64,000 bases of DNA from Candidatus Latescibacterota bacterium. GTDB taxonomy: Bacteria > Latescibacterota > UBA2968 > GCA-2709665. The position numbers and the translations under genes were made by a program. The notes beneath the pieces were generated by a model, which was not told the origin of the DNA, made no database searches, and saw nothing but the letters and a program-made list of their open reading frames with translations. The stretch is from assembly GCA_965248435.1 (NCBI GenBank), contig OZ252100.1, forward strand, positions 1,888,001 to 1,952,000, written 5' to 3'. Below, one piece after another: positions 35,696 to 45,675 of the stretch; position 1 is the stretch's first letter, and every line of letters starts with the position of its first letter.

Positions 35696-37589
35696 CGGCG
35701 CGCGCGAGTCCCGCTCGCGCTGCCTCCTCGGAGCATTACTGATCCTCTTCGGAGTCCTCTGTATAAGGCTCTACTTGCTGCAGATTGCAGACTGGGAGCA
35801 CTATCGTATCCAGTCTGAGAAGAACACTATGCGGCCGGTCCCCATAGAGGCCAGCCGTGGGATGGTAAGGGACCGTAACGGAATCATCCTTGTTGACAAT
35901 CGCCCATCATACACGATTTCCATCATCCCTCCTCGACTTCTGCGAAACACCGAACCTTCCATCCGTGACCGAGTCGTTTCTCGGCTCGGCGAAGCGATCG
36001 ACCTGCCCGAGTCCCTCATCCGAAAGAGGCTCTATTCCAAGAAGCGGCATTTCTACGAGCCCGTAAAACTGAAACGAGATGTCGGCTTTGTAACGGTCTC
36101 GCTCATTGAAGAGGACCTCTACGATCTTCCCGGCGTGGCCATTCAAGTCGAATCCAGAAGGGGTTACCCTTCGTTCAACGGCCGGTTCCCCCTGGCCCCT
36201 CACATCCTCGGTTACGTGGGTTTGATCGATCCTGACGAATATCGGCAGGTGGCGCCGCTCGGCTACAGCTATGACGATCAGATGGGAAAACGAGGAGTAG
36301 AACGTCTCTGTGAAGCCATGCTGAGGGGTCAGGATGGCATAAAGTACATAGAAGTCAATGCCTGGGGTCGCGAGGTGGGGAGCTTTCCGGACAAGACGGG
36401 CGCCCCGGTTCCCGGAAAGGACATTACGCTCACGATAGACTGGCGCCTCCAGCTGGCTGCCGAACAGGCGTTGCACGACAGCCTCGGCGGAAGCATCGTG
36501 GCGATGGACCCCCGAAACGGCCAACTCCTTGCGCTCGTCAGCAAACCTGGATTCCACCCCCGTTCGATTCGAGACCCTGAGGAATGGGCAGCGCTCCAGT
36601 CCGACCCCAACAAACCCCTTCTCAACCGGAGTCTCCAGGGCGAGTATCCACCTGGTTCGATCCTCAAGATGGTCCCCGCCATCGCCGCCCTGGAGATGGG
36701 GCTGCTTCATCCGGACGAGCCCAAGTACGCCCCGTGTGAAGGCGAACTGACCTATGGAGACCGCGTCATCAGGTGTCATCAGGCCTCAGGTCACGGAAAG
36801 CTTACACTGCGGCAGGCGCTCGTGCAGTCGTGTGATACCTTCTTTTATCACCTGGGGCTGGAGGTGGGTATCACCAACTGGAGCCGGTATGCCAGGGCGT
36901 TCGGATTCGGGCGGCCGACCGGGTTGGACATTGCTGCGGGCGGAGATGGAGAGGCCGCGGGCCTCGTCCCGACAGATCGAAAATACTACGAAAAACGATT
37001 TGGCCAATGGGTCGAAGGATTCATGCTGAACCTTGCGATCGGACAAGGAGAAATGCTGGCAACTCCCGTTCAGCTCGCAAGATACGCGGGCGCGCTGGCC
37101 GTAGGCACGCTTCAACGCCCGCACACTCTCATGGCGGAGACAGGAAAGCATCCCCCCGAACCTGTTCAGGTTTCGGAAAATACACTGAAGCAGATCAGAA
37201 GTATGCTCTACGATGTGGTGCATCACCACATGGGTACAGGCAGGCTGGCCCGCGTCGAGCATTCGGACGTGGCTGGAAAGACCGGTACGGCGCAAAACTC
37301 GCACGGAGAGGATCATGCCTGGTTTTTGGCCTTGGCCCCCGTCGACGATCCGCAGATCGTGATTGTCGTTCTGGTGGAGAATGGGGGGCAGGGAGGTGAA
37401 GTGGCGGCACCCATCACACGGAAGATTCTGGAACTCTATTTTCGATCAGTCGCCCCGGACCTGGATTCCGAGATTACCGTCGCACAGAGATGGGATGATG
37501 ACGCGCAGGATGGGATCCAACAGGCCGGGGCGCCGAGTCTCTCAGTAAACACCGCGCAACCCGCCGAACAAAAACCCATTTCGAGATAG
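35688..37589 (+). CDS. mrdA: Penicillin-binding protein 2
   Basis: RG...DRNG..LV.NRP, PGS..K (SxxK), S.D, KTGTA. Probable start at 35688. Confidence 0.95.
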   Translation: MANGARESRSRCLLGALLILFGVLCIRLYLLQIADWEHYRIQSEKNTMRPVPIEASRGMVRDRNGIILVDNRPSYTISIIPPRLLRNTEPSIRDRVVSRLGEAIDLPESLIRKRLYSKKRHFYEPVKLKRDVGFVTVSLIEEDLYDLPGVAIQVESRRGYPSFNGRFPLAPHILGYVGLIDPDEYRQVAPLGYSYDDQMGKRGVERLCEAMLRGQDGIKYIEVNAWGREVGSFPDKTGAPVPGKDITLTIDWRLQLAAEQALHDSLGGSIVAMDPRNGQLLALVSKPGFHPRSIRDPEEWAALQSDPNKPLLNRSLQGEYPPGSILKMVPAIAALEMGLLHPDEPKYAPCEGELTYGDRVIRCHQASGHGKLTLRQALVQSCDTFFYHLGLEVGITNWSRYARAFGFGRPTGLDIAAGGDGEAAGLVPTDRKYYEKRFGQWVEGFMLNLAIGQGEMLATPVQLARYAGALAVGTLQRPHTLMAETGKHPPEPVQVSENTLKQIRSMLYDVVHHHMGTGRLARVEHSDVAGKTGTAQNSHGEDHAWFLALAPVDDPQIVIVVLVENGGQGGEVAAPITRKILELYFRSVAPDLDSEITVAQRWDDDAQDGIQQAGAPSLSVNTAQPAEQKPISR

Positions 37590-37596
37590 TCCTGAC

Positions 37597-38817
37597 ATGA
37601 ATCTACCCCGCTACATCCAACGCGATCTCGATCTCCTCCTCCTGCTACCCGTGCTGACAGCGGTCACCCTTGGAATCGTGACGATCTACAGCGCGACTTA
37701 CGACTGGGACCTCGGAACCGCAGGAAGGGTCTACCAGAAGCAGATCGCCTGGGCGATGATTGCCCTCTTCGCCCTCGTTCTTACGGTAACCATCCCACTC
37801 AAGTTCTATTACGCATTCGCTTACATCATTTACGGCATCGCGATCCTCCTCCTGGTCCTCGTCCTGGAATTCGGCGACCGTCGATGGTTCGATCTCGGTC
37901 CCGTCTATGTCCAACCATCGGAGCTGGCAAAGATCGCAACGGTTCTTGCGCTTGCGCGATACCTGTCTCGGCGCAACCTGAATCTGACGCGAGTGCGTTC
38001 TTTTCTCGCGCCGCTCGGGCTCGTCCTCCTGCCGGCGATCCTCGTCTACAAACAGCCCGATCTCGGTACCTCGTTGGTCTTCTGCGCGATCCTTTTGCCG
38101 ATGTTCTACTGGGCGGGATTGTCTCCGGTAAACCTTTTCTTCATCATCTCCCCGGCCCTCAGCCTGATCTGCGCCTTTCATTCTCTTGCGCTCGGAATCC
38201 TGATCATTCTTATCGCTTTGATCTTATTTCTTGTACGCCCGCACCTCTGGGCCACAGTCACTCTGCTCGTCGTCAATCTCACCGTGGCTGTAGGCGCACC
38301 CTATATCTGGGACAACAAGCTGCACGATTACCAGCAGCGGCGCATCCTTACGTTCCTGAACCCCGGCATGGATAAACTCGGTGCCGGTTATCAGGTGATC
38401 CAGTCTCGCGTTGCCATCGGGTCCGGCGGCCTCAGCGGGAAGGGATTCCTTCAGGGAACCCAGACCAAACTTGCCTTCTTGCCCGAACAGCATACTGACT
38501 TCATCTTCTCCGTCGTCGGCGAGGAATTCGGGTTTATCGGTGCGATATCGCTTCTGGCCCTCTTCTTTTTCGTCATCTGGAGGGCCATAAAGATCGCAAC
38601 GCTCACGAAAAGCCGTTTCTCGAGCCTCGTTTCAGTCGGCCTGGCTTCGATCCTCGTCTTCCACGTCTTCGTAAACATCGGGATGACAATCGGGGTAATG
38701 CCGGTAACCGGGTTGCCTCTACCCTTCCTGAGTTACGGAGGGTCTCCACTGGTTACGAACATGACCTTGGTTGGGTTTCTTCTGAACATCTACGCCCGCC
38801 GTCACGAGTACTACTAA
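37597..38817 (+). CDS. rodA: Rod shape-determining protein RodA (SEDS family)
   Basis: QPSELAK, QPDLGT, GYQ..QS..AIGSGG..GKG, PEQHTDFIF, P.TG..LPF.SYGGS. Confidence 0.95.
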   Translation: MNLPRYIQRDLDLLLLLPVLTAVTLGIVTIYSATYDWDLGTAGRVYQKQIAWAMIALFALVLTVTIPLKFYYAFAYIIYGIAILLLVLVLEFGDRRWFDLGPVYVQPSELAKIATVLALARYLSRRNLNLTRVRSFLAPLGLVLLPAILVYKQPDLGTSLVFCAILLPMFYWAGLSPVNLFFIISPALSLICAFHSLALGILIILIALILFLVRPHLWATVTLLVVNLTVAVGAPYIWDNKLHDYQQRRILTFLNPGMDKLGAGYQVIQSRVAIGSGGLSGKGFLQGTQTKLAFLPEQHTDFIFSVVGEEFGFIGAISLLALFFFVIWRAIKIATLTKSRFSSLVSVGLASILVFHVFVNIGMTIGVMPVTGLPLPFLSYGGSPLVTNMTLVGFLLNIYARRHEYY

Positions 38818-38821
38818 AGAA

Positions 38822-38844
38822 GCCCGACTGCGATGCAGTCAGGC
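38822..38844. terminator. Hairpin between the convergent rodA and dnaE genes
   Basis: GCC-C-GACTGC-GAT-GCAGTC-A-GGC; no strong adjacent U-tract. Confidence 0.4.
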
Positions 38845-38879
38845 CCCTGCGAAAAACGCTCTTCTTTCCTTCCAGCCCC

Positions 38880-41800
38880 TCAGGCCGCCTCCACTCTCCT
38901 GGTTTTTCTACTCTTTCCGTTTTCAGCCGAAACCCAGACCTGCCCCCCGGTCAACTCCACGATCTCAGAAATCAAGCGCTCAGAAGGCACGACAGACATC
39001 TGACGCGGCCGGATGATCGTCCTTCGATCTTTTCTCAGATTCAGGTGTAGATAGAAGGAACCCGACCCTTGATGCTGCCTCAGAAGGTGCTTCAACGCCT
39101 CGAGGCGCTCTTCTGAGAGGTCTTCCCGGCCAACCATCAAGTTGACCGAACCGGAAAACGTTTCCCGGGCATGTTCAATCGACATCGCGTCTTCCAGCTG
39201 GATGGAAGTTCTTCCATTGCGGATGGAAATCCTCCCGTCACACACAACGACTTCATCCGTAACAAGCTTGTCTGCGAGCCGCGAGTAGACATCCGGAAAG
39301 ACCACGACGTCGATCGAGTCTTCCAGATCTTCTACGGTGACAAAAGCCATGGGCCTTCCGTTCCGGTCGATATGGGACTTCACTTCTACTATTATGCCAC
39401 CCAGCCTGACTTTCGCCCCATCGGAAAGCCCTTCCAACTCCTTTAAGGGTTTGGTGCCGAGGTAGAGTAGATCCTTCTCGTAGCGCTCCATCGGATGCCC
39501 GGAAAGGTAAAACCCGATCATCTCCTTTTCCCGCGCCAGCTGTTCTTTTACGCTCCACTCTGCTACTTCCGGTAAGATCTGATTGTTCACGATCTCGGCC
39601 TGGGCCTGCATCCCCTCCGTCTCGAAAAGTGTGATTTGACGCCGGTGCCGGTCGACCTGGGCGGCCAGGGCCACCTCCAGTGCACGATCAAGTCCCGCCA
39701 GCAGACGCGCCCGGTTACCCTCCAGGGTCTCGAAGGCACCCGCACAGATCAAGCCTTCAATCGCGCGGCGGTTCACACTGCGCATGTCGATCCGCTCACA
39801 AAAATCAAAGAGGGACTCAAAGGGCTCGCCCTCCTCTCGCGCCGCAACGATGCTGTCTACAGCACTCCTTCCGACGTTGCGCAAGGCGGCCATGCCCATC
39901 CGAAGCCCTGAACCCGAGGCCACAAAGTTGGCATAACTCTCGTTCACGTCCGGCGGCAGCACCTCCATCCCCATCCGACGACACGCCTCGATCACGGTCA
40001 CGATTCTATCGATGTTTCCGATTTCCCCATTCAGACTCGCCGCCATGTATTCCTTCGGGTAATGGGCCTTTAGGTACGCGTTTTGATAGGCCACGACGGC
40101 GTAGGCTGCTGCGTGTGATTTATTGAACGCATATCCGGAAAAGACATCGATATCAGCGAAGATCTTCTCAGCCATCTTCCTGTCGTGCCCATTGGACAGA
40201 CACCCCTGAATAAAGCCATCCCGATGTTCCTTCATCTCCTCAGGCTTCTTCTTTGCCATGGCGACGCGGATGACGTCGGCCCGAGCTAGTGTAAACCCGG
40301 CAAGGGCCTGCAGGATCTCCATAACTTGCTCTTGGTAGACCATGACTCCGTAGGTTTCTGAAAGGAGTGGTTCCAGACTTGGATGGTCGTAAGCGACTTC
40401 CTCCTTGCCTTGTTTCCGCGCGATGAACTTTGGAATGTATTCCATGGGTCCGGGACGATACAGAGCGTTCATCGCCATCAGGTCTTCGATCGTGTCGGGC
40501 TTGAGCTGTTTGAGGTACTCCCTCATTCCCGGGCTTTCGAACTGGAATACGCCTACCGTGTCGCCGCGGCTGAACAGGTCAAACGTCTCCCGATCGTCCT
40601 CGGGGATTTTTCTAAGATCGAAGCCCGGAGTATGTTTGCAGATTTGTTCGACCGCTTCGTCAGCCAGACTCAGCTCCTTCAGCCCCAGAAAATCCATTTT
40701 TAACAACCCAAGATCCGAACAGGTGGGTCCGTCATATTGGGAGGTCACCTTGCCATCCTTCGGTGCCCGATAGAGAGGGACATAGTCCGTGAGCTCGCTC
40801 GGCGCGACGATCACAGCCGCCGCGTGAACCGATGCGTGCCGGGCCAGGCCCTCGAGGTTGCGAGCGTGCCTCAGGAGATTCCCCTTCTCATCCGGGGATT
40901 CGGCCATTTCCTTCAGCTCGGGAACCTGGTCGATGGCCTTGTCAAGCGTGATCTTCAATTCGTTCGGGACGAGCTTCGCGATGCGGTCCACCTCCGGAAA
41001 AGGCATGTCCAGCACGCGGCCGACGTCTCGGATGGCGGCCTTGGCCCCCATCGTCCCGAAAGTAATGACCTGGCAGACGTTCTTCTCACCGTACTTCTGG
41101 CTAACATACCTGATTACCCGGTCCCGATCTTTATCTGAGAAGTCGATGTCGAAGTCAGGTCGATCGATCCGCTCCGGATGCAGCATGCGTTCGAACAGAA
41201 GGTTGTATCTAATCGGGTCGACGTCGGTAATCTCTAAAACGTAAGCAACTAAACTGCCCGCACCAGAGCCACGACCCGGCCCCACCGAAATACCACTCTC
41301 TTTTGCAAAACGAACGTAATCCCAGACAATGAGAAAGTAGTCTGAATAACCCATGTTCTTGATGACATCTAATTCATAGTCGATCCGCTTCTTAAGTCTA
41401 TCATCGATCCGTTCATATCGCCTTTCGAGCCCTTCCCAGGCGAGAACGCTGAGGTATTCACCCGGATCCGAACGCCCCTCGGGCAACGGAAATACGGGCA
41501 TGTGGGCCTTCCCGAACTCAAGCTCCAGATCGCATTTTTCTGCTATCTCGAGAGTGGTCTCCAGGGCGTTCGGCAGATCCTCGAAAAGCGTTTGCATTTC
41601 ATTCGCGGACTTGAAGTAGATCTCCTTCGGGTAGCACATGAGATCCGGATCATTTAGCGTCTTCCCGGTTTGAATGGCCACGAGAATGGCGTGCGAGTCA
41701 TGTCCATCGGCCTTCAGGAAGTGTGAATCGTTCGTGGCGACCAGAGGGACGGACATCTCCTTGTGAAGTTGCTGGAGGCCTGCGTTGACTTTCTCCTCTC

Positions 41801-42347
41801 GATCGATCCCGTGCCGCTGGATCTCCAGATAGTAGTCCGTTCCGAAGCATTCCTGATACCACTCCACGGCCTTCCGGGCGACCTTGATCCCTTCCCGCTC
41901 GATCAAATGCGGGATCTCGCCGCTCAGGCAGGCCGAGAGACAGATCAGCCCATCGGCATGCTCCTTCAACAAGCTCTTGTCCAGCCTAGGCGAATAATAA
42001 AACCCTTCTAAATAGCCCGAGGAGACCAGTCTGACGAGGTTCTTGAAGCCGGTCGCGTTCTTGGCAAGCAGCACGAGGTGGTTCGCGCCGCTCTGGATGC
42101 CGCGGGCCGCCTGCCGGGAAAATCGGCCCTCGATCGCGCAGTAGACCTCGCAGCCGATAATCGGCTTCACGCCGACCCGCCGCATTTGATTGTAGAACTC
42201 TATCGCCCCGAAAAGATTGCCGTGATCCGTGATCGCGACAGCCGGCATACCCTCCTCTGCGGCCAGATCGGCGATGTCGTGGATTCGACAACCGCCGTCA
42301 AGCAGGCTATACATCGTATGGCTGTGGAGATGGACGAACTCTGCCAT
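38880..42347 (-). CDS. dnaE: DNA polymerase III alpha subunit
   Basis: PHP domain HLHSH.YSLLDG, GPGRGSGAGS, PDFDIDF, KMDFLGL, YAFNKSHA, C-terminal OB fold. Confidence 0.97.
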   Translation of the reverse strand: MAEFVHLHSHTMYSLLDGGCRIHDIADLAAEEGMPAVAITDHGNLFGAIEFYNQMRRVGVKPIIGCEVYCAIEGRFSRQAARGIQSGANHLVLLAKNATGFKNLVRLVSSGYLEGFYYSPRLDKSLLKEHADGLICLSACLSGEIPHLIEREGIKVARKAVEWYQECFGTDYYLEIQRHGIDREEKVNAGLQQLHKEMSVPLVATNDSHFLKADGHDSHAILVAIQTGKTLNDPDLMCYPKEIYFKSANEMQTLFEDLPNALETTLEIAEKCDLELEFGKAHMPVFPLPEGRSDPGEYLSVLAWEGLERRYERIDDRLKKRIDYELDVIKNMGYSDYFLIVWDYVRFAKESGISVGPGRGSGAGSLVAYVLEITDVDPIRYNLLFERMLHPERIDRPDFDIDFSDKDRDRVIRYVSQKYGEKNVCQVITFGTMGAKAAIRDVGRVLDMPFPEVDRIAKLVPNELKITLDKAIDQVPELKEMAESPDEKGNLLRHARNLEGLARHASVHAAAVIVAPSELTDYVPLYRAPKDGKVTSQYDGPTCSDLGLLKMDFLGLKELSLADEAVEQICKHTPGFDLRKIPEDDRETFDLFSRGDTVGVFQFESPGMREYLKQLKPDTIEDLMAMNALYRPGPMEYIPKFIARKQGKEEVAYDHPSLEPLLSETYGVMVYQEQVMEILQALAGFTLARADVIRVAMAKKKPEEMKEHRDGFIQGCLSNGHDRKMAEKIFADIDVFSGYAFNKSHAAAYAVVAYQNAYLKAHYPKEYMAASLNGEIGNIDRIVTVIEACRRMGMEVLPPDVNESYANFVASGSGLRMGMAALRNVGRSAVDSIVAAREEGEPFESLFDFCERIDMRSVNRRAIEGLICAGAFETLEGNRARLLAGLDRALEVALAAQVDRHRRQITLFETEGMQAQAEIVNNQILPEVAEWSVKEQLAREKEMIGFYLSGHPMERYEKDLLYLGTKPLKELEGLSDGAKVRLGGIIVEVKSHIDRNGRPMAFVTVEDLEDSIDVVVFPDVYSRLADKLVTDEVVVCDGRISIRNGRTSIQLEDAMSIEHARETFSGSVNLMVGREDLSEERLEALKHLLRQHQGSGSFYLHLNLRKDRRTIIRPRQMSVVPSERLISEIVELTGGQVWVSAENGKSRKTRRVEAA

Positions 42348-42832
42348 CAGAAAGACCCTCTTGGTGGATCAGGCGGTCCATTGAGCCCGAAGGCGAATCG
42401 GGCGGAAGGTTACAATTCAGGAGAGATCTGGGGAATTTGATAAGGAGGGAGAGCGGCGAAGCCCAAGATGAAGGCACAACCGGAGATTTTCTAATTTAAT
42501 CTGTTGTGTTCCCCGAAGTCAAGCGACAGATTGGCAGCGAAAGATAAGGCTCGAAATAACCAACGGTTCGGAAAATATTTTTTCATCGGTTGCTGCCACA
42601 ACTGCTGGAGCGTTCATTGACGGAGGTACCCAATATCCTGCGACAGACCTCAAACCCAGTGCGGAGAGCTGTCCAATGGCGAGAAAAACTTTCCGTTTTC
42701 TTCGCGCTTGCCCCCCCAGCCCCTCTATGCCACTCAAGCCTCACAAAAACAAGCTTCTACATCCAATCGGAAAGGTTGGTACGGCGGTTGCTAAAATTCC
42801 ACCCGACTCTGAGTGGTACCGATTGGTCGAGC

Positions 42833-42888
42833 CCCCTCCGGTCTGTAGGAACCCATGAGGTGACCGACGCCGGAGGGGTCTTTTTATT
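42833..42888 (+). terminator. Intrinsic terminator-like hairpin in the dnaE-aroA intergenic region
   Basis: CCCCTCCGG (42833-42841) pairs with CCGGAGGGG (42870-42878), followed by TCTTTTTATT. Confidence 0.6.
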
Positions 42889-43146
42889 GCCCCTTCTGGA
42901 CCGCTTTTGACTCTCCGATTCTGGAGTGTTGGAGCGGTGGACGACTCGGCAGAAGCCCGGCAATGTCTTGGCTTCTGTTTCTATTCCTCCAGCTCTCCAT
43001 TACTCCGATCCCCCAGCCCTCGCGCTTCTTCTCCTCATTCCTCCAACTTCGCAGCAACTCAGCTGTCTTTCCCTACAACTCCGGATTATAAGTCCTCCTG
43101 CTGAATTGCCTTGAACTCCCCTACCCTTTGGTTTACCTTTGAAACG

Positions 43147-44424
43147 ATGTCAGACAGACTCGAGATTCAGCCTCTTCGAGGCCCCGCAGACGCCGATGTC
43201 GCCGTCCCCGGCTCAAAGAGTTACACGAATCGTGCACTCATCGTCGCGGCGCTCGCCGACGGAAAATCCCAAATCTCCGGGGCGCTTCAAAGTGAAGACA
43301 CGCACTTCATGGCCGAGGCCCTGAGAGCCCTGAACATCGACGTCCAGTCCGAAGGCCCGACATTCTCGGTTGAAGGGACCGGCGGACGCATTCCGGCTTC
43401 ACGGGGCGATCTCTTCATCGGAAACTCGGGGACAGCCGCGCGTTTTCTCACTGCAGCCCTCGGCCTTGGCCGGGGCACCTACACGTTGGATGGGGTTCCG
43501 AGGATGAGGCAGCGACCGATCCAGGACCTGATCGATGCTTTACGACCCCTCGGTGTTGAAGTCCACAGCAAAGCCGGAAACGGCTGCCCCCCCGTCGTCA
43601 TACACGCTTCAGGAATAAAGGGAGGCCAAACTTCCATCGTCGGCTCTTGGAGCAGCCAGTACCTATCCGCAATCCTCCTCGCCGCACCCTATGCCCAAAA
43701 CGATGTGGAGATTCAAGTCGAGGGAAATCTCACCTCTCGACCCTACATAGACATCACCCTGGACACCATGCAGGAATTCGGTGTCCAGGTTCGCAACGAC
43801 AGCTACGAGCAGTTCAAGGTCGTTTCCGGGCAGCATTATGCTCCAACGAGCTACGTCGTCGAACCGGATGCCTCGAACGCGTCTTACTTCTTCGCCGCTG
43901 CCGCGCTCACGGGAGGCCGCGTCAAGGTACTCGGCCTGACGGAAAGCTCTGCACAGGGCGACGTCGGATTCGTCGGTATCCTGGAGAAGATGGGATGCAC
44001 GGTTTCCCAAACCTCAGATGGCACCGAAGTCCGCGGACCTCGGGAACTTTCAGGAATAGATATCGATCTGAACCTCATGCCCGACACGGTCCCGACCCTT
44101 TGCGCAATCGCTCCCTTCGCATCAAGTCCCGTCTGCGTACGCAACGTGGCCAACCTGCGAATCAAAGAAACAGACAGGATTGCAGCCCTGTCGACTGAAT
44201 TGCAGAAACTGGGTGCACGAGTGGACGTACGACCCGATGGCCTCACCGTCCACCCTGTGGACCGAATCACCCCCACAGAGTTGGCAACTTACGACGACCA
44301 CCGGATGGCCATGAGCCTGGCGCTGGTTGGACTTGTCGCGCCTGGCATCGTGATTCGGGACCCAAGCTGTGTAGAGAAGACGTTTCCAAGCTACTTTCAG
44401 GTCCTGGGGTCCCTCCAGAATTGA
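43147..44424 (+). CDS. aroA: 3-phosphoshikimate 1-carboxyvinyltransferase (EPSP synthase)
   Basis: PGSKS.TNRAL, GNSGT..RF, RM..RP, SSQYLS, R.KETDR, DDHRMAM, KTFP. Probable start at ATG 43147. Confidence 0.96.
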   Translation: MSDRLEIQPLRGPADADVAVPGSKSYTNRALIVAALADGKSQISGALQSEDTHFMAEALRALNIDVQSEGPTFSVEGTGGRIPASRGDLFIGNSGTAARFLTAALGLGRGTYTLDGVPRMRQRPIQDLIDALRPLGVEVHSKAGNGCPPVVIHASGIKGGQTSIVGSWSSQYLSAILLAAPYAQNDVEIQVEGNLTSRPYIDITLDTMQEFGVQVRNDSYEQFKVVSGQHYAPTSYVVEPDASNASYFFAAAALTGGRVKVLGLTESSAQGDVGFVGILEKMGCTVSQTSDGTEVRGPRELSGIDIDLNLMPDTVPTLCAIAPFASSPVCVRNVANLRIKETDRIAALSTELQKLGARVDVRPDGLTVHPVDRITPTELATYDDHRMAMSLALVGLVAPGIVIRDPSCVEKTFPSYFQVLGSLQN

Positions 44425-44482
44425 TTCCCATCTCTGAGCACAACTTTGTTCCGCCCAGATCAACCCCTATCACCGAAGGCCC

Positions 44483-45661
44483 GTGATGCCCACCGAAGTC
44501 CTCCTCGTAGATGACGAAACGAATATCCTCATGACCCTGGGAGAGACGCTGAGGGCCGCTGGATTCGAAATTTTCCAGGAGGAGAGTGGCGAGGCTGCCT
44601 TGGGCCGGCTCGCGATTCATAAGCCGGACCTTATGGTCGTGGACCTCCGAATGCCGGGGATGAGCGGACTGGAATTGATCAAAGCGGCCAGGAACACTGC
44701 TCCCGACACGGTTGTCATTATCTTGACGGGATACGGAGATTTGAACAGCGCCGTGGAGGCGCTTCGGCTCGATGCTTACGACTACCTGACCAAGCCGGTC
44801 GACGCGGATAGGCTGATTCAGACGCTCCGGAAGGGGGCCGAACACCGCAAGCTTACCCTTGAAAATCGTGCGCTCATTCGGAGCCTGGAAGAGGCGAACC
44901 GGATCAAATCGGAGTTCATCAGTGCCATGTCACACGAATTCCGAACTCCGCTGGGGCACATCCTGGGGTTCGTACAAATCCTCCAGGATACACTCGAAGG
45001 CCTTACTGAGAAACAGGATCGCTACCTTCAGAATATTCAGTCGGCAGCAACGAGACTCCTCACCATGTTTGAAGACATCCTCCAATTCTCTATACTCAAG
45101 AGCGGCCACGACCGGATCAGTCCGATCCGCTTCGCGCTTTCGGAGTTCCTGGAAAGGAGCCTCGAGGCCTTCAAAGGTGCGATGGAGACGAGAAACCTCA
45201 CGGTCCAACTCGCCTCACCAAAGCCGGATCGTACCATAACCGCTGACCCGGAAACCTGTCGAAAAATTCTTTCCCTGCTGATCGACAATGCGGTCAAGTT
45301 CACCCAGGAAGTGGGGCAGATTCAGATAAAGACGGAGATCCTCCCCGAACCCGCGCTGCCTGCCGGTGTGTTGGAACCTGAAATGGCCGATACGATCGCA
45401 GACGGCTGGCTCCACATCACAGTCGGCGACACCGGCCCAGGAATCTCACAGGCCGACCGCGAGCGTATCTTCAACCTGTTCGAACAGGGGCGGACAGCCA
45501 TCGGTCGATCGGAAGAGGGCACAGGCCTGGGGCTTCCCCTGGCACGCAGCCTCGCCCGCATGCACGGCGGGACGATCACGCTGGACAGCCGTCCAGGAGA
45601 GGGAAGCAACTTCACCATGATCATTCCGCTCGGGGAATCCCTGGACCCTTCCCCAACCTGA
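44483..45661 (+). CDS. Cytoplasmic hybrid REC-HisKA-HATPase histidine kinase
   Basis: LLVDD...DLRMP..G...LTG...KP receiver domain; SHEFRTPL, DNAVKFT, D.G.G, G.GLGL. Confidence 0.93.
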   Translation: MMPTEVLLVDDETNILMTLGETLRAAGFEIFQEESGEAALGRLAIHKPDLMVVDLRMPGMSGLELIKAARNTAPDTVVIILTGYGDLNSAVEALRLDAYDYLTKPVDADRLIQTLRKGAEHRKLTLENRALIRSLEEANRIKSEFISAMSHEFRTPLGHILGFVQILQDTLEGLTEKQDRYLQNIQSAATRLLTMFEDILQFSILKSGHDRISPIRFALSEFLERSLEAFKGAMETRNLTVQLASPKPDRTITADPETCRKILSLLIDNAVKFTQEVGQIQIKTEILPEPALPAGVLEPEMADTIADGWLHITVGDTGPGISQADRERIFNLFEQGRTAIGRSEEGTGLGLPLARSLARMHGGTITLDSRPGEGSNFTMIIPLGESLDPSPT

Positions 45662-45675
45662 ACACCCCTCCACGA

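Noticed and set aside
38880-42347. Intein in dnaE
   Set aside because: The length (1155 aa) is normal and no intein or homing-endonuclease motifs are visible.
42963-43091. Phe-rich 42-codon ORF upstream of aroA as a leader peptide
   Set aside because: It lies downstream of the terminator, has no following attenuator hairpin, and its composition is explained by the pyrimidine-rich spacer.
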